Positions 54,291-64,000 of a DNA stretch of 64,000 nucleotides are shown piece after piece. Position numbers and translations under genes: made by a program. The notes beneath the pieces are model-generated. The model did no database searches, was not told where the DNA came from, and saw only the letters and a program-made list of their open reading frames with translations. The stretch is from Psilocybe cubensis (lineage: Eukaryota), in contig CM039004.1 in assembly GCA_017499595.2 (NCBI GenBank), forward strand, positions 992,001-1,056,000. Direction: 5' to 3'. How positions within the stretch are numbered: position 1 is the first letter of the stretch; each line of letters opens with the position of its first letter.

Positions 54291-57200
54291 TGTGGGGAAT
54301 AGAGCGAGCTTGTGTGGCTTTTACCTGTGCGCCATGCAGCAGAGGATCCTCCGTAGAAAGCAAGAAAGAGGCAGGCGGAAAATACGATTTTACAAAAAAG
54401 GGCGTGTAATTCGGAGCGAAGGTAATACCCGATCTGAGATCAATAATATTCAATAGACGTAAATCCCACAGTCAACCCAACCCAAACCACCCCCCGGCTG
54501 CCTCCGTCTCTCAACCAAACCACCTGCAAACCAAAGCCCACAATCCATCCACTCGTTCTCAGAATCCCACATATCCTGTCCAATATCTATATGCGTCGCC
54601 TATAGCACATAGTACCAATACATAGCTCTCTTTGCAAATCTCATGAACCACTTCGACGCTAGCGTAAATCTCATTTTTTAACTATCATTCAAGCGGCGGC
54701 ACTCCTTACGCGATCCTCGATCCTGTCTTCGCTTCCTCTTCCTTCTCTGCTTCGCAGCAGTCTCGAGGTGCCCGTGTCAATTCAAACCAGTTCCCACATC
54801 CCTCTAAATTCACCTTCTGTTTGTTGCTGCCTTTGTCCAATGTCAAGAAATCTAAACCTCCTGCCGGTGACGCGCATATACGTACGTACGCACGTACGTA
54901 GGGCGTCGCCAGTCATTTCCGGCCGACGACCACATCAGTAAACGTACCCATATCATATCAAAACATAGCATACTTATCACACCTTGCTCAGATGACCTTC
55001 AAGTTCGAGAAAGGACCCTCTTTTGCTCTAGGTACGCGTACCTGGCGCGTATTGGTGTCCTGCAGTGCAAAAGGACACAAGGTGCGCCATCAGGTAGATA
55101 TATGCGCATTTTGACCCGCTATCTTGACAATTCTATTGCGCTTTGCAGGGACAATCTGCAGTGTCCAATTAAGGTCAAGCCGACACGCAAATTTCACGCC
55201 AAACTTGCATACATGGGGATAAAAGTTATAAACCCACAATTATGGATGGATCCATAATGAGACCGCAAGTACCAGAGACTAAAAATCCTGACGAATCCGA
55301 ATAGCAGGCTTATTTTCATTCCTCTTTGCTTAGCAAGTCGAACTCTGCCCGAATAGACTGGGTTCTAGGACATCATACTTAAACTTGATGCCACCTTTAT
55401 CAGGAAACCAGACGATGACCCATACCGTACCGCCAAGCCAAGCCATCTTATAGGCCGCCGTTCGGGCGAGAAGAAGGAGGCGATATATCGACATCACCGG
55501 GAAGATATCGACTTGTAAATAAGTAACTAAACGAGCTCGGAGGCCGCCTTGGGGTTCGGGTCCAAATACCAGAAACACACCCCAATTTTGGGTACTGCAC
55601 TCTTCGGGAAACCAATGCCAATTTTTAGCAATCTGCACAACCTCTGGGTAGTTCAACAGTATAGCTTTGGAGATGGTTTGTTGAAAACACAGCCTTCCAG
55701 CAGTTTCTGTCGACATCAAGGACCATCGGAGGCACTTATTTATTAAATACCATCAAAACCTCGATGCCATCATCCGTTCTTGTCAATCGACGAGCTCGAC
55801 GCGGACTTGCTCAAGTATCAATGGCAAAAAACCAACAAGAGTGTGATGCAGACGCAAGTATCATACCTCCGAGTCCGAGCCGATCAATCCACTGATGGAA
55901 CGAGGATGTGCTGGGTGATACACCAATAGGTAAAAAACGCAAAGTGTAGTTTGCAATGTCTGGCTACCTAGATCATAAAACCTTACTTATAAAGACATCA
56001 TGACCATCCTGATATCATGCAACTTAAATCGACCGAAATATCCAAGATATATCCTTACGCCCTTAGCAAAGCCGCGAACAGCGACCTCAGAGGAACATTA
56101 CGGGCAATACCACTGACAATAAATATACAGTAACAATTTTTGCCGTCCGACCAGCGCCCCGTCCAACCCTCTGTTCCACTGGGTCGGCCAGTAGCTATTA
56201 ATCTCCTCGACCCCGGTAAGCTACCAGAACCTCTTCCCACCCCTGTAGGCCTGATGATCAGCAGCTCAGCAGCTCAGCGGCCTGCCATCGTGCTCTCTGA
56301 ATCAATCTGAGCGCAGGCCTGCTGCCCGAGGGTCGAAAAACCCAATGCTCATTCCGACCCCATTTCCGAAGCGAGGCTTTGCCTAGGTTCATGGTGACTC
56401 GTCCGACCGAGACTGCGCTGGAGTGTATAAGTATACACGCATCAATCAGCTTTGAGCTTTGAAACTATGAGCTTTGGACTTTGGCCGGAAAGCAAAGATT
56501 GTAGCCGAAAGCATCATCATCCAGTACACTGCGATCAAAAAAAAAGTCAAAACCCAAAGCTCGAAGAAGTATTTACTTGCATCCACCACCCACGGGTCTG
56601 TCCAAATTGACTCTTACCACCACTAGCCACCCATGCTGATGCGTTTCCCTAGTTCCCCAACAGGCCCGGGTTAAGGTTTGGTTAAACGCTTTCAGCACTT
56701 GGAGCCTCATGGCCAGAAGAGGCTACGGCCAACTCTAAATTTTTTTTTGACGCTGGGCATATTGTATTAACTCGATCGGGCGCCTTTATTTATAGATCCC
56801 GGGGGCCCGCGAACCTTTGAGGTTTTGAGTTATACATACACACGCGAGGCTAAGTTATAACATTCCACCCGAGGCGGACATTCAGGATGGCTTTGTACTA
56901 CACGAAGTTTTCCTGTCTATGCTTTGGCTTTGATTGGCCTTGAACTGATGAACAAAGCCCATGGTCTCGTTTAACTACTAGGTCGATTGAGCCACGGAGA
57001 CTCCGTCTTCAGTTCATTCTACTTGAAAAGCTTCGCAGGTAAGTGAGTGGTAACCTTCACCGTCTCGCTCGGGCTCAGAGTGATTGACATCAGTACTCCG
57101 CCCTCGACCCCTTCGTTGGGTGTTGGGTGTTGGCTGCTGTTACCCACTGCGGTCTGCCCACTCCGCTCGTTGAGTGGGCAACCAGGCTCTCATGGAATCG

Positions 57201-60200
57201 AACCGGCTCTGTCTCTGCCTAGTGCCACTGACTTTGCAGAGGCGTTACGTTTCAACCCACCCGCGCCACGCGGTGCGGTCATGTTACACAGCGACGTGCT
57301 GCTAAGTAAGTACATACCACACTGTGATCTCTGACAGGCGCCCGCAGTATACTACACTCGGAGCCCACCCGTACGTGTACTGGTACAACTGGTATCCAGT
57401 TGACCATGGAAACCGACTGGTGAACTGTACGCTACGAGTTACCATTACATTTACGGCACACGTTCACGTTTGCCGCTTTGCGCGCGTTTTTTTTTTTTGC
57501 GAGCGTGCGATGGAGCAGTTGGTTTGGATGGATGGCTTTTGACGGGCATCATTGGTAATGTATCACCTCGTCCGATGGGAATGAAATCAGTGGGACTCTC
57601 GGCGGATGACACACTTGTGCGCATTGTACATACAGCTATTACAAGGTCGGATTTTAGGGTGTTGGTAATCCTGCGGACTGCGTTTGTAAACCCATCCACA
57701 TCAATGTCCGGTTATCCTGCTTATGGGTGGGTGGGTGAGTATGTATGGTATTATGTAGATAGGTAGGTAGGTTGGATCATGTTGCTGGATAGAGTTGAAG
57801 TGTCCTTTATTAATTATTGATGTTACATTAGACTTTCGATAGCTCAATAATGATACAGACTCTGAGGAGTCTGTCCGGAGAAACGACCACAGGTGTACGC
57901 CGACACCATACTATGCTTTTCAAATCAAGTTGCTGAATAACAGTCAAAGAAGTTGGCATAGAATCCAACTGACTGGCTACATGTCGGGGAGCCCCTCAAT
58001 GATCTGCGCAGGCGACATCTAACAGCGACGTCAATGTGTCGGAAGGTGGGTTTTGAAGATAAATCCGAGCAGGGTTGATTAAGGAGTGGAATCCACTTAT
58101 GTACACACAGAGGCACATCGATCGAAACAGCCGTGTGCTTTCCCACTCTATATTTATTGCAATCAACTTTGCAAGATCACGAAGTTGAATGTGATATAGC
58201 GTTAAAATAAGCCTCGAAAAAGCAAGTTGGCACTCGAGTCGTTTTTTTATTGCTAGTACATGACATACCTAGACAGTTGTCGACACTGGCAGTGACCATG
58301 ATAGGCACGACAAGTTTTCAGTGTCAAACATCTATTGGCATTGAGTACCGAAGATTACAACTATAATGAAATGCCTTGTCAAAACTTCTGTGTATTTTTC
58401 TAATGATATGTACGCTTATATTGTCCGACTCGAGTAGTGGTAGTACTAGTACTTGTAGTTACCAGATAAAAACCCCTACTTGCATTTCAGCTAATGAACA
58501 ATAATGGTGCCTCTTCGATGTATAGCTCGCGGTATTCCCATATACATATGGTAATTGGCTTCCTGTGGCATGATGCATAACAAGGACGACACGACTCGAC
58601 TGGACATCCGTACGTGCCGGCCCCTGATTCTAAAAATAGAATAAGCGTTGTTTCTTTACACTTTGTGCAGTTTGTCAGAAAAAGTTCGTATTTGTTTCAA
58701 GGCTAAGTTTATGCATAAACTAGCACATCTGAATCTTTGATACACAGCGCTGTAAGCTACCACGCAGAGCCTCCGCATATTCAAAGTTACTCTGGGACTC
58801 TTTCATCTTTTTGGGGGCTGAAGTGGCCCCATCATTTGATATGGAGGTTCGTTTTGGCTGTGCGCCCATTCTACAGAGGGCTCCACCATCTGCTCTGAGC
58901 TGATATACAGAAACCTGATTACACGTACATTTACTGAGACTCGAGCTATAGGCATCCTATACGTGCCGTATTTTGAGGAACACCATTAGCAAATATAAGA
59001 TCATGCAATTTTTTCATTACCATCACCATTCTTTTCAGAAAGCTTGGTCCTACATCTATAGTAGCCCGCTGCCCTCACCAGCAGACAACCTAGACCGCAT
59101 ACAGTCATTGAAGGTATTATGGTGCATAGCAGTCTCCGGACCGGGACGGTCCTCATGCTGTTAATGGCTTTCCTTCAGGATTTTCTTGGATTTGCACTAG
59201 AGAATGGAAAGAAGTCTGAACAACTTCTTTCTGCCATACCTTATGAATTGTGTATCGACGCTGGTGATCCCTTCAAGATCAGCATTAATTATCAACGCCC
59301 CGCCACGGAGCCCCACGAGGCTGGGAACAACGACAGTGAGTCGACAAGTAAGTATTGTAAAAACGATTTGTGAGTTAAAAAATACGAAAAATTACACTAC
59401 GAGCTAGACTAAGCCTTCTAGTGAATGTGTGCTCTCTCATCGAGCTCACTGATAAGGAGAGGCTCAACAAACGTGGCCATTCCCAGAGGTTATTGCATTG
59501 AAATTTCTGGTCCCAGGTGTATATTAGAAAACGAGGCATTAATTGACGTTGAGTCAAAATGCAGATCAATGTACAATGGTTCCTTTAGAACTACAACTGG
59601 AAGAAGTATGATAAATGTGCATATGGGTTTCTCGGGAGAACCACCAGCCGCTTGAAGAAACTGCTTAAAAGAAGACCGCCAAGAAGCACCGTCAATAGTA
59701 GGACATCATTGACACTCATTTTCTAGAGTGGAAATGTACGAGGAATGTACTACAGATAAATGCTGTAATAGTACCTATTTATTTGCAAGCCTGTTCGTCT
59801 TAGATCTTGTTATAGTAAGTAGATAGACAAGTTAGGGGTGGCACATTCCCGTTTTAGATCATGTCCCTCGCCACATGTGCCGAGATGCCGTAGACTCACC
59901 TTCATGAAGATAAACGAGCTTTGAAAGCAAGCAGCAGAACACAATCAAGGATTGAGTTAGATTCGAACTTCGAACACGGACAACAGTGGGATGCCATCTG
60001 GGGTAAAGACGTTTAAAAGTTGGGGTTGGTTCTTGGACCTGGCTCACTTTGAGGTACTTTGTTCAAGTCAAACCAATGCGAACTGAGTTAAAATTGCGAG
60101 CCTCATTCGGCCGCCTAAAGACTGATATAAAATCCAGGATTGGCAAAGGATGAGATTGACCAGTTGACATAGCCCAGAGATCTGGCAAACCTTTATGGTT

Positions 60201-61050
60201 CCGGAGTGTCGCCGTGCGGTATGATTCTGTGGGATTGTGTGCTCCAACAAGTGCGATGAAGCGGCTTGCAGCAGTAAGAGCGCGGATGCAATGGTCCCTG
60301 GAAATTTAAAAATCTGAAACGCCAGTCAACATGTTACCTATAAGCGCCGCGGCTTCTCCAGACCCCACGTTTGTTATCAAATGTAGGCTATCAGGCGTTA
60401 ATCATAGGCACTACAAACGAGTACAAACGGTGTAAAAGGAGAAGACCAGTGAATGTTACACGACAGAAAGCCTACATCGGTCAACATCAGTTCATATGAT
60501 CAGTGTCCATGGATCATAATTACACGGAGCCTGTAAGTGGCGCGTGGTGAACCCGGCGCGTACTCGTTCTCTGGGACAGGGTCGAGGGGTGATAACGCCA
60601 CGTTATTGTCGCGTGCGCGAGGAAATAAACGCACATGGGCGGCAATGACCTCGATCAGCTTCTCAGGTAGTCTCGACTCCAGACAATCCGGATATACCAG
60701 GTTTCACACGGTATACTCCGTAGATAGTCTGGTGGGGTTTAACCGTAAGGCAGTACATGAGAGCGAGCCTTGGCACATTTTGGCTGAAATAGGGAATAAA
60801 AGGTGCACGTGCAAGGCCTTGGCCAAACACCATCATTTATACTACCTTGGCGTCGACGCGTCGTTAATTAGCACCCCTAATCTGTTTAATAGTATTGAGA
60901 TGTACAGAGCAGAATGGCTTTGGAAAAGTAATCTATGCAGTATTTTTACCAGGTCGGATGATTTGAATTGAGACTGGTCAGCCAATATGTGTACGAAAAC
61001 ATTGGTGTAGCTATGTTTCAAATCTCAATTTTTCTTACTCCATCTTCGAA

Positions 61051-63221
61051 ATGCCTATTTCTTCAAAGGTTCAACAGTACAAAGGAGACGAAGCCCTTTT
61101 GAACATTCTTAGCGATCTCTCATGGAAAATACTTTGCAAAAGACCTTTCCGATGGCAATTAATAGCTGCCGAGGCAATTTTGCAAGGAAAAGATGTGGTT
61201 CTTGATGTTGGCACGGGTTGCGGGAAATCACTGTGCTTCTTGCTGCCACTGATGCTATGTAAATCTGATATGTCAATCACCGTATCACCATTGACTGCTC
61301 TGATGATTGACCAAGTACGTATCAAATTTTGTAATAGGAGAATTAATATGTTATTAATAATTCATTGGACACCTACTAGACATCAAGCGCTGTGTTAAAC
61401 ACTGTAGCTGTTTGTGCACAGACAGTTTCTCAAGTCGGAAAAGATCAGCTGTATTCCGACATTCTTAGAGGGGTGTTTCAACACATTATGGTCTCGCCAG
61501 AGATTGCAGCTTCACCTGAGTTTCACAAATTTGTCTGGTCGAAGCCAGAAATCACAGACCATCTTCGGTCTGTAAACATTGATGAAGCCCACTGTATTAC
61601 CATGTGGGGTGGTAGCTTTCGGCCAGATTATGGCAACTTGGGCATCTTGCGAGGTCGAATTCCTGTCAATGTACCCATTTTAGCGGCATCGGCAACATTA
61701 CCAGACCATGTTCTCAGCGATGTCTTAGGAAAGCTACGTTTGGCAAATCCAAAAATGGTCAGGGTTAGTAACGCTCGACCAAACATTGCATTATCTGTCC
61801 GTACCATGGAGTTTGACAATGCGTCAAAGGCTGATTTGCGGTTTTTAATTCCACAAAACGCAAATAACTCGGACGACATACCTGTTACTCTTGTATATTG
61901 CAATCAGCGTGCAACAACAGAGGACTGTGCTGATCGACTTCGAGATTGGGCAGAAGAGCAAAGCATACCTCGCAATACCATTGCTTTCTACCATTCTTGC
62001 GTTGGAAATGACCGTAAACGCGAAATTGAACAGCTGCTTTCTGATAATAAAATCCGGATTGTCATCTGTACAGAGGCATTAGGAATGGTGCGTCTGTATG
62101 ATTTAATTTTACCAAATCTAATAACATACCTCAGGGATGCGACCTCCGCAATATTGCTCGAGTTGTCCTATGGGGGTTGCCTGAAACCTTCTGTTCTCTT
62201 GTACAGAGAATTGGTCGTGCAGGAAGAGACCTCAATACAGATGCTGAGGCAATACTAATTGTTAATCCAGGAATAGCAAAGGGTGAAATTACTGAGGATG
62301 CATTTAACGATACTATTGTCATGGCGGCTGCTGAAGGCGAGGCATTAAATCGGCCTATTAGTGAACAAGAACTGGATCGCTCTGTCGAAGCACTAGATGA
62401 AGAAGGAGTCCGAATTGCAAATGCAGCTGAGTCAGATAACGAAGACGCTGATGCTACGTTTGCGATGACACCTTCTGTACGGCACTCCAAAGGCAAACGG
62501 AAAGTGCAAACAAAAACAAACACTCACCTGCAAGAAACTCGGGCCTTGCTAAATTTTGTGATCACAAAAGAGTGCCGCCGAAAGATCTGGGATGCATTCT
62601 TTAATAATGCAAGCAAACGTGAGTGTCAAGTTTCTTTTATTCTAATATTGTATAGTACTTACCTGAACATTAGTTCAGCTTATATATCAGGAAACGACAA
62701 CGTATAACCCCACTACACATACTTCACGGTGCTGTGACAACTGTCAGCCTCATTTATTTCCATTGGACAATATAGTGCGACATCAACTCACCAGCTTAAA
62801 GCGTGGACGCAAGAAAAAAATGCCAGAAGAAGAACAGAACTATATTCGAAATAAACTCTTCAAGTTCCGAGAGCATAATCTGATGGACGCGGTTTACAGC
62901 AACCTATCAAGCTTTTCAAGTAGTATGATTATCTCCGATGAGGTAATTAATAAGATTGCAAGCTGTGGCGAGCTAATCAGAGATTATTCTCACCTCCGTC
63001 AAATTGTGCGATGGGGATTTGGCCATGATTCAAGCATTGATGGACCTAACAAGTGGGGCTTAATGCTTATGGAGGAACTAGAGAATATCAACAATGCTCT
63101 TGAGAACAGGCGAGTAGAAAGTTCAGAAAAGGAGAAGTCGAAGGACTCAACAAGTGTGCCTGCACCGTATGCTTCGATATCATTTGCAGATATATTGACA
63201 CCAGAAAACTTTTGTGATTAG
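61051..63221 (+). CDS. Compact RecQ-like SF2 helicase (probably transposon-borne)
   Basis: Four exons (introns 61315-61379, 62088-62134 and ~62619-62674). Motifs are GTGCGKS, SPLTAL, IDEAHC, ASATL, FYHS, CTEALGMGCD and QRIGRAGR. The RecQ Zn ligands are CRR..CCDNC. Confidence 0.9.
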
Positions 63222-64000
63222 TTGTATATACTTAACTCGTTTGCGATGCCCTGTACAATTGATACATAATAATCACCATCTGCACCTATAGGAAACTCTT
63301 CGTTGTCCATCAACAAATCCTCTATACTCATACAAAGATCTGAACCAATATCAATATCATTTCCGTCCTCAAACACACCTTTGTCATTCGCATTTTCGTA
63401 TACCGACTCTTCTGATAAATTTGATGATTTAGTCCCTCGATGCGTAGTCTTAATCTTTGCATACTTGAAGTTATGATATGCTGACGGTTTGTTTGCATAT
63501 TCCGAGCCGGCTTGAAGAAGGTCACGCGCTTCAACACAGTCGTCATTATTTTCACGTTTTGGTGTATAGGTTTGCAATGATTGAGCTTCCAAATGGGTAC
63601 GCAAGGTGGCAATGTCTGTTGCTGTTGTCGGAGTGGTGTGGCTAATGCTATTAAAAGGAGTGGAGTACTCCTTGTGCATGCGCCGCATCACATCGCGTAA
63701 TGCAAAAATGCAAACGGAGACCATTGAAAGCCACTGCCAACTGCGGTTTGACCCTTTGGCACTATAAATAATCTCATAACAAAAATCAGCCCATGATACA
63801 CAGAATACTATTGACTGACTGACAACCGACTCACTTTTAGCCAGAAGTTTTGATGCTCCTGCAATAGATCCATTTCTTTGAACCCATCCACTTTGCCACT
63901 GAGATTTGCAAGCCAGTTGTTGAGCCATGCGTCTCTGACAAAAACACAGTTAGCGAGGCGATATTGAAAATCACAACAACAACTTACCGAAGTGTCGAAT
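63218..64000 (-). CDS. 3' part of a DUF6589-like putative transposase protein (truncated by the window edge)
   Basis: The spliced reading is DAWLNNWLANLSGKVDGFKEMDLLQEHQNFWLK|IIYSAKGSNRSWQWLSMVS..H..DIATL, followed by an acidic tail. I recognise this pattern from DUF6589-type proteins found next to RecQ-like helicases in basidiomycetes. Confidence 0.65.

Noticed and set aside
54995-55015. Possible heat-shock element (TTCgaGAA) upstream of the HSF gene
   Set aside because: Only two properly spaced nGAAn units, which is expected by chance.
55300-60980. Scattered ORFs and splice-like signals; candidate TTAA left ends for the helicase element
   Set aside because: No coherent protein emerges, and a terminus cannot be assigned without the other end of the element.

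Overview
Intron-rich fungal genomic DNA with ~50-65 nt GT-AG introns; the gene content suggests an Agaricomycete mushroom. In order, the window holds: a single-pass membrane protein; a stand-alone HAD-fused class II terpene cyclase (DLDTT motif); a secreted Ser-rich protein; a HotDog thioesterase; a ~1,600-aa membrane NRPS-like enzyme (A-T plus three Pls-like TM/beta-helix units) ending in a fused C3HC4 RING finger; DGAT2; CDC48; tubulin cofactor B; two class-3 lipases around a GH5 glucanase; a host gene split by a full-length Ty1/Copia element and a 779-bp TIR element; an HSF-type factor with a 3.6-kb intron; and a convergent RecQ-like helicase / transposase-like pair cut by the right edge. 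The most striking observation is in the Copia LTR. It carries a canonical-looking intron whose donor is masked by a hairpin, followed by an exact pre-spliced copy of the same exon junction, which could let a retroelement keep an intron through reverse transcription. The RING-fused Pls-like enzyme is the second main candidate. All gene models and family calls were made by eye, without database searches.
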